Position numbers and translations under genes: made by a program. The notes under the pieces were generated by a model. That model was not told the DNA's origin, made no database searches, and saw only the letters and a program-made list of their open reading frames with translations. Shown piece by piece: positions 1-10,046 of a stretch of 64,000 nt of DNA (the stretch's first letter is position 1; each line of letters opens with the position of its first letter). This DNA comes from Paludibacteraceae bacterium (GTDB lineage Bacteria; Bacteroidota; Bacteroidia; Bacteroidales; Paludibacteraceae), in assembly GCA_045119815.1 (NCBI GenBank), contig JBGVEC010000005.1, forward strand, positions 12,642 to 76,641, written 5' to 3'.

Positions 1-546
1 GCCTATGCCATTGACACCATTGCTGATGTGGATGCAGTGGACTTGATTATGGGCAAACAGAAACTTACCATCCTCGGTACCGATACTGCCTTCAAGAGTT
101 TTACTCCTGAATTGCAAAAAGTGGTAGCCAATTATCTGGCAAAGGGCGGTAACCTATTGGTGTCTGGCGCATATATCGCAAGCGATATGCAGAGTCCAGA
201 AGACAAAGCATTCGTTAAGAATCAATTGCACTATACCTACCGCTGCAACCACGCTAGCGAGCAAGGTAGTCTGGTGGTTAACCGCCGCGTATTATCGCCA
301 GCTACATACACTTTCCAATCTGCTCCTAATGCCGAACATATCCATACCGAGAATCCCGATTGTATTCTCCCAGCCGATGGTGCACAAGCCGTGGCTAAAT
401 ATGCGGACACCCAACTCAATGCGGCAGTAGCATACGACGGAGCAGAAAATCAAAAAGGCAAAACCCTCGCTTGGGGATTCATGCTCGAGAGCACACAGGA
501 TTTCAACACACTATACAAAGATTGTATCAGTTGGCTTTTTAGATAG
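1..546 (+). CDS. 3' part of a larger conserved hypothetical protein (5' end lies upstream of the window)
   Basis: Frame 1 is open from base 1 to TAG 544-546; the ORF track starts at the first Met (28). No diagnostic motif recognised. Confidence 0.5.
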   Translation, partial: AYAIDTIADVDAVDLIMGKQKLTILGTDTAFKSFTPELQKVVANYLAKGGNLLVSGAYIASDMQSPEDKAFVKNQLHYTYRCNHASEQGSLVVNRRVLSPATYTFQSAPNAEHIHTENPDCILPADGAQAVAKYADTQLNAAVAYDGAENQKGKTLAWGFMLESTQDFNTLYKDCISWLFR

Positions 547-558
547 TTTATAAACAAT

Positions 559-1965
559 ATGAAAAAGAAAAAATTACCTTTATTAGAAAATATTGAAATT
601 ACGGGTATCGCTGCCGAAGGCAAAGCCCTCACACGTGTGGACGACATGGTACTCTTCGTACCATACTGCGTACCTGGCGATATAGTGGATATACAAGTCA
701 CTCGCAAAAAACACTCCTTCATGGAAGGTCGTGTGGAGCGTATAGTTACTCCCTCCCCTACCCGATGCGAGCCTCGTTGTAAGCACTACGGCGAATGCGG
801 TGGCTGCAAGTGGCAGATTCTCCCATACGAAGAGCAACTCCGCCACAAACAACAGCAAATCGTGGATAACCTCACCCGTATCGGTAAGGTAGAACTGCCA
901 GAGATATCCCCTATCCTCGGTAGCCAAGAGATATACGAGTATCGCAACAAGCTCGAGTTCACTTTCTCCGACCGCAAATGGCTCAGTTGGGACACGATCC
1001 GCGCAGCTGGTGGACTAGAGAACCTAGACAACACCCACGGACTAGGATTCCATATCCCCAACTGTTTTGATAAGGTGCTCGACATCACCGAGTGCCACCT
1101 CATGCCTGACATCAACAACCGCATCCGCAACGGCGTTCGCGACTTCGCACGCCAGCTAGGTATCACTTTCTATAATGAACACGCGCACGAGGGACAACTG
1201 CGTACCCTCATCCTCCGTTCCAACCACAAAGGAGAAATCATGCTTATTGTCGTATGGGCAGACGAACCTGATATGCGCGTGATGGAGTACTTGCGCGATG
1301 AGTTCCCTGAAATCATTAGCCTACTCTATGTGGTCAATCGCAAGTTCAACGATACCATTGGCGACCAAGAGGTGCATGTCTTCCACGGTCAAGACCACAT
1401 AATGGAGCAGATGGAGGATTTGCAGTTTAAGGTAGGTCCTAAATCCTTCTACCAAACCAACACCCTGCAGGCATACGAGTTGTATAAAGTAGCGCGTGAG
1501 TTTGCAGGATTAACAGGCGAGGAACTCGTCTTTGACCTCTATACAGGTACGGGTACAATTGCCAATTTCGTGGCACACCAAGCCCGCCAAGTGATTGGTA
1601 TTGAGTATGTTCCAGAAGCGATAGAGGACGCGAAAGTGAATGCGAAGATTAATAATTTGGACAACACGCTTTTCTTCGCGGGCGATATGAAGGATATTCT
1701 TAATGAGGATTTTATTGCTCAGTACGGTCGTCCTGATGTGATTATCACAGACCCTCCGCGCGCAGGTATGCACGAGGATGTGATCAACACGATATTATTT
1801 GCCGAGCCTAAGCGTATAGTATATGTGAGTTGTAACCCAGCTACGCAGGCACGTGATTTGAATATGCTCGATAGCAAATACCGCGTTGTGAAGGTGCAAC
1901 CAGTAGATATGTTCCCACACACGCACCACGTAGAGAATGTGGTATTGCTAGAGATTAAGGATTAA
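559..1965 (+). CDS. rlmD: 23S rRNA (uracil-5-)-methyltransferase, RumA/RlmD type
   Basis: 468 aa. TRAM-like N-terminus, Cys cluster CKHYGECGGCKWQ, SAM-MTase motifs DLYTGTGTI, DPPRAG, VSCNPAT. Confidence 0.85.
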   Translation: MKKKKLPLLENIEITGIAAEGKALTRVDDMVLFVPYCVPGDIVDIQVTRKKHSFMEGRVERIVTPSPTRCEPRCKHYGECGGCKWQILPYEEQLRHKQQQIVDNLTRIGKVELPEISPILGSQEIYEYRNKLEFTFSDRKWLSWDTIRAAGGLENLDNTHGLGFHIPNCFDKVLDITECHLMPDINNRIRNGVRDFARQLGITFYNEHAHEGQLRTLILRSNHKGEIMLIVVWADEPDMRVMEYLRDEFPEIISLLYVVNRKFNDTIGDQEVHVFHGQDHIMEQMEDLQFKVGPKSFYQTNTLQAYELYKVAREFAGLTGEELVFDLYTGTGTIANFVAHQARQVIGIEYVPEAIEDAKVNAKINNLDNTLFFAGDMKDILNEDFIAQYGRPDVIITDPPRAGMHEDVINTILFAEPKRIVYVSCNPATQARDLNMLDSKYRVVKVQPVDMFPHTHHVENVVLLEIKD

Positions 1966-1971
1966 ACGATT

Positions 1972-3372
1972 ATGTTCACATTGCTCACGATATTCTTTTT
2001 GCAGTTCGTCAATAAGGCGGGCTCTGATATCGTGTGCCTCAGTCCTGTGGCACAACAGATGCGTGTGGAAAGAGGAATAACTATCGACTCGCTCGATTAT
2101 GCCGTATCACCCCTATACCTAGACTCTATTAGCCGCCTTGGAGCCGAAGTATTACACACCTCACGCTGGTTCAACGGAGCAACAGTGAAGGCAAACGAAC
2201 AAACGATCCAATCCATAAAACAATGCACATTTGTGGACACCATCTACCTCACACGGACAGATCAAGATCTCTCCGTTATCCCTCCATTATCCCTCCGTAA
2301 AAGAGAAGTGATAATAGGCGACAGGCAAGAGGCGAATGGCGAGGGGTTAGAGCAATTGGCACAACTTAACCTCCTCCCCCTGCATCAAGCAGGTTACAAA
2401 GGCAAAGGCATACGCATTGGCGTAGCCGATGGCGGATTCTACAATGCCGACACCTTGGAATCCTTACCACGGGGAAAACAATGGTTGGGATATGCCGACT
2501 TGACTGACAGCCAACACGATTTCTTCGGTCCTGAAGGCAACCATGGCACACTATGTCTATCAGCCATCATGGGACAACAAGAAAATTATCAAGGCGCAGC
2601 TACACAAGCAGAGTACTTCCTGTTTAGAACAGAAGAACACCATACCGAAAGTCCTAAAGAGATAGATAACTGGGTAGCAGCCATCGAAATGGCAGACTCG
2701 TTAGGTTTGCATATTGTCTCTACCTCATTGGGATATACCACGTTTGATCAAGAGCATTTCAATTTTGCGTACGACGATATGGACGGTCGTACTTCCCGCG
2801 GCGCACAAGCCTCACTCATAGCCGCCCGCAAGGGGATGTTGCTCGTAACAGCGATGGGCAACGAAGGGAACAAGGATTGGCATTACCTCTCTACTCCAGC
2901 CGACGCGGACAGTATATTGAGCGTAGGTGCCGTGAACCAAGACGGACAAGCAGGTATATTCTCATCATTTGGCCCATCAGCGGATGGAAGAGTCAAACCC
3001 GAAGTATGCGCTATGGGCGAAGGGACAGCACTCATCAACCCTGCCGACAACACCCTCATAAAAGGCAATGGCACATCCTTTGCTTGTCCGCTCATAGCAG
3101 GCATGGCTGCTAGTCTATGGTCAGCTCTACCTAATGCTACCAACATGGAGATACGTGAGATCATCCTCCGTTCATGCGACAGATACAATCAACCAGACAT
3201 GCAATTGGGATACGGAATACCCGATGTGTGGAAAGCGTATACAAGCGTAACAACCCCCACACACACTTTAACTCTCAACCCTCAACTCTCAACTCGTAAG
3301 ATTATTCACAACGGACAACTATATATCCTACATGATGGAAAGAAGTATAATGTTATGGGTTATAGGTTATAA
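1972..3372 (+). CDS. S8 family (subtilisin-like) serine peptidase, secreted
   Basis: Triad motifs VADGGF (Asp), GNHGT (His), GTSFACP (Ser). Hydrophobic N-terminus. Short C-terminal motif KIIHNGQLYILHDGKKYNVMG. Confidence 0.8.
   Translation: MFTLLTIFFLQFVNKAGSDIVCLSPVAQQMRVERGITIDSLDYAVSPLYLDSISRLGAEVLHTSRWFNGATVKANEQTIQSIKQCTFVDTIYLTRTDQDLSVIPPLSLRKREVIIGDRQEANGEGLEQLAQLNLLPLHQAGYKGKGIRIGVADGGFYNADTLESLPRGKQWLGYADLTDSQHDFFGPEGNHGTLCLSAIMGQQENYQGAATQAEYFLFRTEEHHTESPKEIDNWVAAIEMADSLGLHIVSTSLGYTTFDQEHFNFAYDDMDGRTSRGAQASLIAARKGMLLVTAMGNEGNKDWHYLSTPADADSILSVGAVNQDGQAGIFSSFGPSADGRVKPEVCAMGEGTALINPADNTLIKGNGTSFACPLIAGMAASLWSALPNATNMEIREIILRSCDRYNQPDMQLGYGIPDVWKAYTSVTTPTHTLTLNPQLSTRKIIHNGQLYILHDGKKYNVMGYRL
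3271..3295. repeat. 3 copies of the heptamer TCTCAAC (reverse complement of GTTGAGA) inside the S8 peptidase gene
   Basis: actctcaaccctcaactctcaactc, translated TLNPQLST in the linker before the C-terminal motif. Confidence 0.8.
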
Positions 3373-3382
3373 GTAAAAGATT

Positions 3383-4759
3383 ATGCGAAGAAATATACAC
3401 GAAATAACTCCAACTACCACATCCTACGAGATGGGTCTCAAGCGCGTGCTACTCTCTGCCAACGAAAGTGGCTGTAGTATCACACAGATCGCGGTCATTG
3501 ACCTCAAAGCAGGCGAAAAGAGTGCGATGCATATCCACCCCGACTTGCAAGACGTGTTTTATATCCTAGATGGCACGCTAGAAGTGACCATCAATGGACA
3601 GAACAATCTCTGCCACAAGGATGATTTCATCTTCATTGAGCACCTACAAACCTACCAACTACATGCCATTACCGATGTGCAAATGTTGGCCATGGGATGT
3701 GTCATTGAGTCGCAACGTACCAAACTCTACCCCATGCTCTTTGAACCCAACCTACACACCAAAGTGTGGGGAGGAGAACAATTAGCGATATGGAAAAACC
3801 TACCCCACCAACAGCACGTAGGCGAGAGTTGGGAAGTGTCGGCTGTACCGTCTGCACCATCCGTCATCACCAATGGCACATGGGCAGGATATCCTCTCAC
3901 CGAAGTGGTTAGCAAAATGCCTGATGCTATACTAGGCAAAACTGTAGCCAAACAATATCAAAACTTGCTACCCATCCTCGTGAAGTTTATCGACGCCAAC
4001 GATGACCTCAGTATTCAAGTACACCCTGACAATGCCATGGCGCAACGCGAACACAACAAGATGGGCAAAAACGAGATGTGGTATGTACTCAGCGCCGAAC
4101 CAGGAGCATGTATCTATGCAGGTTTCCAAGAGCAACTCACCGAACAAGAATACCAAACCCGCATCGCAGATGGCAGTATCATCAACGCCCTAGCCAAACA
4201 CCACGTCAAGGCGGGAGATGTGTTTTATATCCCAGCTGGACGTGTACATGCGATTGGCAAAGGCATACGACTGTTGGAAGTACAACAATCTTCTGATGTT
4301 ACCTATCGCATTTACGACTACGACCGATTGGACCTCAATGGACAACCCCGCGAACTGCATACCCAACTAGCCGCACAAGCACTAGACTATCAAGTATATA
4401 AGGAGTACAAAAATGACTACCAACAGAACATCAATACGGCTAATCTCTGCCTGGATACGGAGTATTTTACAGTCCGTGTAGTGGATTTGCAAGAACCGAT
4501 GCGCCGCAATATGGTCAAGTACGACTCCTTTATCATTCAAACATGCGTCCAAGGTGAGTGTAAGATGCATATCCGCAGTACACATGACGAGATTACACTC
4601 CGAGAGGGTTATTCGTGCCTTATTCCTGCGGCGATTGCAGACTACGATATGATTCCGTTGACTTCTCAAGTCAAAGTGATCGAATCCTATATCAACAATA
4701 ATACCCCAAGTCAGTTCCGTCGATTCATCTCACAATTCCTTCACATGACCAATGGGTAA
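3383..4759 (+). CDS. manA: Mannose-6-phosphate isomerase (type I) with an extra N-terminal cupin domain
   Basis: From about residue 113, LYPMLFEPNLHTKVWGGEQL...VGESWEVS...QVHPD...NEMWYVL is a typical Bacteroidales-type PMI. Residues 1-110 contain the cupin motif HIHPDLQDVFYILDGTLEVTING in the same frame. Confidence 0.7.
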   Translation: MRRNIHEITPTTTSYEMGLKRVLLSANESGCSITQIAVIDLKAGEKSAMHIHPDLQDVFYILDGTLEVTINGQNNLCHKDDFIFIEHLQTYQLHAITDVQMLAMGCVIESQRTKLYPMLFEPNLHTKVWGGEQLAIWKNLPHQQHVGESWEVSAVPSAPSVITNGTWAGYPLTEVVSKMPDAILGKTVAKQYQNLLPILVKFIDANDDLSIQVHPDNAMAQREHNKMGKNEMWYVLSAEPGACIYAGFQEQLTEQEYQTRIADGSIINALAKHHVKAGDVFYIPAGRVHAIGKGIRLLEVQQSSDVTYRIYDYDRLDLNGQPRELHTQLAAQALDYQVYKEYKNDYQQNINTANLCLDTEYFTVRVVDLQEPMRRNMVKYDSFIIQTCVQGECKMHIRSTHDEITLREGYSCLIPAAIADYDMIPLTSQVKVIESYINNNTPSQFRRFISQFLHMTNG

Positions 4760-4792
4760 TTTTGAATTAAGAATTTTGAATTAAGAATTTTA
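4760..4792. repeat. Tandem doublet TTTTGAATTAAGAA x2.3 (two 7-bp subunits), starting 1 nt after the manA stop
   Basis: ttttgaattaagaa ttttgaattaagaa tttta read directly. Confidence 0.9.
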
Positions 4793-4804
4793 ACAAATAT
4801 AAAC

Positions 4805-6085
4805 ATGACACGAGATCAAGAAATTTTTGACATCATCCGCCGAGAGCGCGAGCGTCAAACCAAAGGCATTGAACTGATTGCCTCAGAGAACTTCGTGAGC
4901 GACCAAGTAATGGAAGCCATGGGCAGTGTACTAACCAACAAATATGCCGAGGGTTATCCAGGCAAACGCTACTACGGAGGTTGCGAAGTAGTAGATGAGA
5001 GCGAGAATATCGCACGCCAACGTCTCTGCCAACTCTTTGGCGCAGAATACGCCAATGTACAACCACACTCTGGCGCACAAGCCAATATGGCAGTATTCAT
5101 GGCATGCCTCAACGCAGGCGATACCTTCTTGGGACTCAACCTCAGCCACGGTGGTCACCTCAGTCACGGTTCACCAGTCAACTTCTCTGGACTGATGTTC
5201 AACGCATTGGAGTACAATGTAAAAGAGGATACAGGCCGTGTGGATTACGACCAGCTGGAGCAAGTAGCACGCGAGAACAAACCAAAACTCATCATCGCAG
5301 GTGCAAGTGCGTATAGCCGCGATTGGGATTATGCTCGTATCCGCAAAGTGGCAGACGAGATCGGTGCACTCTTTATGGTAGATATGGCTCATCCTGCAGG
5401 ACTCATCGCAGCAGGCCTTTTGGAGAACCCTGTTAAACATGCGCATATCGTGACTTCTACCACCCACAAGACTCTCCGTGGTCCTCGTGGCGGTGTAATC
5501 TTGATGGGAAAAGACTTCCCTAACCCATGGGGCAAAACCACTCCTAAGGGCGAGATAAAGATGATGTCCGCATTGCTTGATTCTGCTGTCTTCCCAGGCA
5601 CACAAGGTGGACCACTCGAACACGTGATTGCAGCCAAAGCAGTCGCATTCGGCGAGGCATTGACTCCAGAGTTCAAAGAGTATCAAAAACAAGTTCAACT
5701 CAACGCAGCAGCCATGGCTAAAGCATTGATGGAGAAGGGATACAAAATCATCTCTGATGGTACCGACAACCACTCTATGCTCGTAGACTTGCGCACCAAG
5801 TACCCAGAGTTGACAGGTAAAGTGGCAGAGAAAGCCCTCGTAGCAGCTGACATCACTACCAACAAGAATATGGTGCCATTCGACTCTCGTAGCGCTTTCC
5901 AAACTAGCGGTCTGCGTTTTGGTACACCTGCTATCACAACCCGCGGTTTGAAAGAAGACAAAATGGCATGGATCGTAGAACTCATCGACCGTGTACTCGC
6001 TAATCCAGAGTCAGAGGAGAATATCGCAGCAGTACGCGCTGAGGTAAATGCCGAGATGGTGAAATACCCACTCTTTGCCTGGTAA
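4805..6085 (+). CDS. glyA: Serine hydroxymethyltransferase
   Basis: 426 aa. LIASENF, PLP-lysine motif [14 protein letters not shown]. Confidence 0.97.
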   Translation: MTRDQEIFDIIRRERERQTKGIELIASENFVSDQVMEAMGSVLTNKYAEGYPGKRYYGGCEVVDESENIARQRLCQLFGAEYANVQPHSGAQANMAVFMACLNAGDTFLGLNLSHGGHLSHGSPVNFSGLMFNALEYNVKEDTGRVDYDQLEQVARENKPKLIIAGASAYSRDWDYARIRKVADEIGALFMVDMAHPAGLIAAGLLENPVKHAHIVTSTTHKTLRGPRGGVILMGKDFPNPWGKTTPKGEIKMMSALLDSAVFPGTQGGPLEHVIAAKAVAFGEALTPEFKEYQKQVQLNAAAMAKALMEKGYKIISDGTDNHSMLVDLRTKYPELTGKVAEKALVAADITTNKNMVPFDSRSAFQTSGLRFGTPAITTRGLKEDKMAWIVELIDRVLANPESEENIAAVRAEVNAEMVKYPLFAW

Positions 6086-6087
6086 TC

Positions 6088-6474
6088 ATGGCAGAGGATA
6101 AAAAACATATCACAGAACTCTCCAAGGGTATCTTCAAGGATAGGGGCAGTAAGTTCCTATCCTTTGCAGAACCCATCACGGACGAAGAGCAAGCCAAGGA
6201 ACGCATCAAGTGGTACAAGAAAAAGTACCACGATGCGCGCCATGTCTGCTATGCATATCGATTAGGAGAAAACCTCTGGCGAACCAAAGACGATGGCGAA
6301 CCTCATGGTACAGCAGGTATGCCTATTCTGCGTAGCATAGACGCACAAAATCTAGATAATATCCTAGTGGTAGTCGTGCGCTATTTCGGCGGTACACTAT
6401 TAGGCACAGGCGGACTGATGGTCGCCTACCGAGAAGCCACCAAGGATGCCCTCAATAATGCCACCATTGAATAA
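6088..6474 (+). CDS. IMPACT/YigZ family protein, N-terminal (UPF0029) domain only
   Basis: 128 aa. GSKFLSFA...HVCYAYRLG...DDGEPHGTAGMPIL...VVVVRYFGGTLLG pattern typical of YigZ. The usual C-terminal domain is absent. Confidence 0.6.
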   Translation: MAEDKKHITELSKGIFKDRGSKFLSFAEPITDEEQAKERIKWYKKKYHDARHVCYAYRLGENLWRTKDDGEPHGTAGMPILRSIDAQNLDNILVVVVRYFGGTLLGTGGLMVAYREATKDALNNATIE

Positions 6475-6475
6475 T

Positions 6476-6922
6476 ATGACTACAGCTATTTTCCCAGGGA
6501 GTTTCGATCCCTTTACCATCGGTCATTACGACATCGTGATGCGTGGACTTACGCTTTTTGATCAAGTCATCATTGGTATTGGTCATAATAGCAGCAAGCA
6601 GAGCACTTTCCCATTAGAAGAGCGTCTCCAAGCTATCCAAGAGGCTTTTGCCCATGAGCCACGCATAAAAGTTGAAGTGTATCAAGGACTGACCATTGAT
6701 TTTGCCGCTGCACACCATGCACAATGTATATTGCGCGGAGTTCGTTCGATGCAAGACTTTGAGTATGAGCGAAATATAGCAGAAGCCAACAAGCAACTAT
6801 GCGGCATTGAGACCGTGCTGCTCTACACCCGTCCAGAGTACGCACATATATCCTCGTCGCTCGTGCGCGAACTATATGCCTATCACAAAGATATCACTCC
6901 CTACCTACCACCCCAACAATGA
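6476..6922 (+). CDS. coaD: Phosphopantetheine adenylyltransferase
   Basis: MTTAIFPGSFDPFTIGHYDIV and ISSSLVRE motifs. I prefer ATG 6476 over the track start 6446, which overlaps yigZ. Confidence 0.9.
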   Translation: MTTAIFPGSFDPFTIGHYDIVMRGLTLFDQVIIGIGHNSSKQSTFPLEERLQAIQEAFAHEPRIKVEVYQGLTIDFAAAHHAQCILRGVRSMQDFEYERNIAEANKQLCGIETVLLYTRPEYAHISSSLVRELYAYHKDITPYLPPQQ

Positions 6923-8472
6923 AACGACTCCTCATTCTACCTTTATTGTTGATGACTATGCAATTGTTTGCGCAGTCTACAACCACTCGTATAGATAAAA
7001 ACCTAACCATCTATACCGATGTCATGCGTCAATTAGACATCAACTATGTAGATACCCTTAACTACGACGAACTCATCAAAACAAGCATCAATGCCATGCT
7101 TCGCCAAGTGGACCCTTATACCGTATATATCCCTAAGAGCGAAGCAGATAACCTCCGTATGATGACAGAAGGCAAATACGGCGGTATAGGATCGATTATT
7201 CTACAACGAGATAGCGATGTGTTCATCAGCGAACCATACGAACATATGCCAGCGGCCGAGGCAGGACTCTTGCCCGGTGACAAACTTCTGCGCGTGGACA
7301 CACTAGACTGCCACGGCAAAACCACCAAACAGGTAAGCGACTGCCTACGCGGTAATCCTGGCACCCAAGTAGAAGTTACCATTCAACGAGATAAGCAGAC
7401 ACTCACCTACTCCATCACGCGCAGAGATATCCACCTACCTGCCGTATCATACTCCGCTGTTTATCAAGACTCTATAGCATACATCGCCTTCTCCGAGTTT
7501 ACGCAAAACTCAGCACAGGAGTTGCTCATGTCGCTAGATAAATTGATGCAATCACACCGCATCAGCCACCTCATTATTGACCTACGAGGCAATGGAGGTG
7601 GTCTCATCGATGAAGCCGTACAAATCCTCGGATTTTTCCTTCCAAGGGGTACAGAAGTCGTTTCGACCAAAGGTAAAATCGAACGTGTTTGCCATTCATA
7701 CAAGACCAAGACTTCACCTATCTTCCCCAAACTACCAATTATTGTCATGGTGGACAACCACTCTGCTTCTGCATCGGAGATTGTGGCTGGAGCACTACAA
7801 GATCTTAAGCGTGCCACTATTATCGGTCAACGCACATTCGGCAAAGGATTGGTACAAAACCTTCGCCCTATCGCCTACGGCGGACACCTCAAGGTAACAA
7901 CATCTAAGTACTATCTACCATCAGGTCGTTGTATCCAAGCCATTGACTACGCTGAGCGTCAAAAGGGCAACCAACTACACAAAGATACTGCGGGTGGTAT
8001 CATGCCGGATATTGTACTTTCAGACTCTAATAAGATAGATATTTGCTATAATCTCTACCGCGATCACCTCTTCTTTGACTACGCAACGATGTATCATCGC
8101 CGACATGCAACGATTGCTCCAGCCACGGAGTTTACACTCACAGATGAGGACATAGAGGATTTTTGTAAATTCCTAGATACCAAGGACTTCAAGTACGAAA
8201 CAGAAACGGGTCGTTATTTCAAAGAACTCCTTGAAGTAGCGACAAATGAGGACTTAGACTCAACTACCATGGCTTCACTTAAGGCCCTCCAACCACTCCT
8301 CACCATGGACTATCGCCAAGCCATTGAGCGCAACCGCGAGGAGATAGAGGAATGGTTAGGTAGCGAGATCGTCAAACGCTATTACTACCAGCGTGGTTAC
8401 AATGCCTACATACTCCGCTTCGATCCCGAACTCAAACGAGCTATCCAGGAAATAACCAAACAAAAACCATAG
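6919..8472 (+). CDS. S41 family C-terminal processing peptidase
   Basis: Signal peptide, PDZ-like segment (GIGSIILQ..), DLRGNGGG and HSASASEI motifs. ATGA overlap with the coaD stop. Confidence 0.85.
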   Translation: MKRLLILPLLLMTMQLFAQSTTTRIDKNLTIYTDVMRQLDINYVDTLNYDELIKTSINAMLRQVDPYTVYIPKSEADNLRMMTEGKYGGIGSIILQRDSDVFISEPYEHMPAAEAGLLPGDKLLRVDTLDCHGKTTKQVSDCLRGNPGTQVEVTIQRDKQTLTYSITRRDIHLPAVSYSAVYQDSIAYIAFSEFTQNSAQELLMSLDKLMQSHRISHLIIDLRGNGGGLIDEAVQILGFFLPRGTEVVSTKGKIERVCHSYKTKTSPIFPKLPIIVMVDNHSASASEIVAGALQDLKRATIIGQRTFGKGLVQNLRPIAYGGHLKVTTSKYYLPSGRCIQAIDYAERQKGNQLHKDTAGGIMPDIVLSDSNKIDICYNLYRDHLFFDYATMYHRRHATIAPATEFTLTDEDIEDFCKFLDTKDFKYETETGRYFKELLEVATNEDLDSTTMASLKALQPLLTMDYRQAIERNREEIEEWLGSEIVKRYYYQRGYNAYILRFDPELKRAIQEITKQKP

Positions 8473-8520
8473 AGTTAAGTTTCATTAGCCCCTCTGCTAG
8501 TCAATATCATAATAAACAAA

Positions 8521-8546
8521 CAAGGACGCAATCACTTGCGTCCTTG
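8521..8546. terminator. Hairpin between convergent genes, acting mainly as the rubrerythrin terminator
   Basis: caaggacgca-atcact-tgcgtccttg (10-bp stem). On the minus strand it is followed by TTTGTTTATTAT. Confidence 0.7.
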
Positions 8547-8584
8547 TTGATAGATTGGCTTTTGGCCTTTAGCCTAATCGCTAA

Positions 8585-9133
8585 TTACTTTTTAAAATAG
8601 CGGTTGTACAAGCCCTCGAAGCCTTTGCCGTGACGAGCCTCGTCCTTAGCCATCTCGTGTACGGTGTCGTGGATAGCATCCCAATCCATTGCTTTTGCAC
8701 GCTTAGCAATACGGAGTTTGTCGTCGCAAGCACCAGCCTCAGCCATCATACGTTTCTCGAGGTTCTCCTTAGTGCTCCAAACCACCTCACCAAGCAACTC
8801 AGCGAACTTAGAGCAGTGTTCAGCCTCTTCCCAAGCATAGCGCTTGAATGCCTCTGCGATTTCTGGATAACCCTCGCGATCAGCTTGGCGTGACATAGCG
8901 AGATACATACCTACCTCAGTTGCCTCACCCATAAAGTGAGCATTGAGGTCCTTTATCATCTCCTCATCTGTATCTTTAGCAACGCCGATGATGTGCTCGC
9001 ATGCAAATGCGATACCAGCTGACTCATCAACTTCCTTCCATGTTACTACTTGTTTGCATTGTGGGCAACGCTCTGGAGCAGGTGCACCTTCGTGTACATA
9101 GCCGCAAATTGGGCAAATAAATTTCTTGTTCAT
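8585..9133 (-). CDS. Rubrerythrin, reverse domain order (N-terminal rubredoxin-like Cys4, C-terminal diiron ferritin-like domain)
   Basis: CPICGYVH...CPQC at the N-terminus, then EATEVGMY...[13 protein letters not shown]...DEARHGKGF helix motifs. Confidence 0.85.
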   Translation of the reverse strand: MNKKFICPICGYVHEGAPAPERCPQCKQVVTWKEVDESAGIAFACEHIIGVAKDTDEEMIKDLNAHFMGEATEVGMYLAMSRQADREGYPEIAEAFKRYAWEEAEHCSKFAELLGEVVWSTKENLEKRMMAEAGACDDKLRIAKRAKAMDWDAIHDTVHEMAKDEARHGKGFEGLYNRYFKK

Positions 9134-9360
9134 CGTAATTATTTATTAAAAGGTTATACTTCAATTTTGATGCCTTTGCATCCACAAATAGCAACACAAA
9201 AATCGTGCCAAAAAAAAGCCAATATAAATAAATTTTTGTCTAAATAATCAAAAATTATTTAATTTTCCAAGGGATGATACATCCAAAGAGCCAATAGCGA
9301 AGGATTTTATAAAAAGATAGACGTTCCATAGATGTGTACTTAGGCGTATGAGATACTGTG

Positions 9361-9954
9361 TTAGGGTAATCGAGATGATACGATATGCCAATTGATGATA
9401 AGGAAAAGATTCTTCAAATAACTTTTCCTATTATTTTGGTAATCCAAGTAATAAGCGTGCTCCCACACATCAATAACCAATAATGGAGTCAAGTCATACT
9501 GCAATGGATTTTCACCATTCGGTAGAGACAAAATCTTAAGTTCTCCCTCCTTGTTAATGGCAAGAAAAGTCCATCCCGATCCAAAGAAGGTAGATGCCGC
9601 TTTGTAAAGTTGTTCTAACATTATATCAAACGAACCAAAAGACTGCTCAATTAAGAACAAAAACTCTCCCGATGGGCGTTTGGCATTGATACTCGGAGCC
9701 AATTGCTCAAAGAAAAGCATGTGATTGAGCACCTGTCCTGCATTATTGGCAATCGGGCCCTCAGGTGCTTTGCATACTAATTCATTCAGCGATAGCCCTT
9801 CATATTTTGAGCCATCAACTAGTTGATTGAGATTATCCACGTAGGTACGAAAATGCTTCCCGTAGTGGAAAGAGAGTGTCTGTTGGCTCATCATAGGAGC
9901 CAAATCTCCAAGTTGGTATCCCAACTCAGGCAGTTCATAGTGAAACTTTGTCAT
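9361..9954 (-). CDS. sod: Fe/Mn superoxide dismutase
   Basis: FHYGKHFRTYVDNLN and DVWEHAYYLDYQNNR signatures. Confidence 0.95.
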   Translation of the reverse strand: MTKFHYELPELGYQLGDLAPMMSQQTLSFHYGKHFRTYVDNLNQLVDGSKYEGLSLNELVCKAPEGPIANNAGQVLNHMLFFEQLAPSINAKRPSGEFLFLIEQSFGSFDIMLEQLYKAASTFFGSGWTFLAINKEGELKILSLPNGENPLQYDLTPLLVIDVWEHAYYLDYQNNRKSYLKNLFLIINWHIVSSRLP

Positions 9955-9993
9955 AGTTGTTTAGATTTAAAATAGGGTTTGTTATAAAAATAA

Positions 9994-10017
9994 AGTGCAG
10001 CACCCTTGTGCTACACT
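9994..10017 (-). terminator. Intrinsic terminator of the 450-aa gene
   Basis: agtgcagcac-cctt-gtgctacact (10-bp stem, 1 mismatch). On the minus strand it is followed by TTATTTTTAT. Confidence 0.65.
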
Positions 10018-10046
10018 TTACTGATATCAAATATCGTGCCAAATGA

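Noticed and set aside
8521-8546. The hairpin containing GGACGC...GCGTCC as another member of the GGAC-hairpin-TAYAG family.
   Set aside because: It lacks the TAYAG junction and the AGTTTAGAGG words. It is adequately explained as the terminator between convergent genes.
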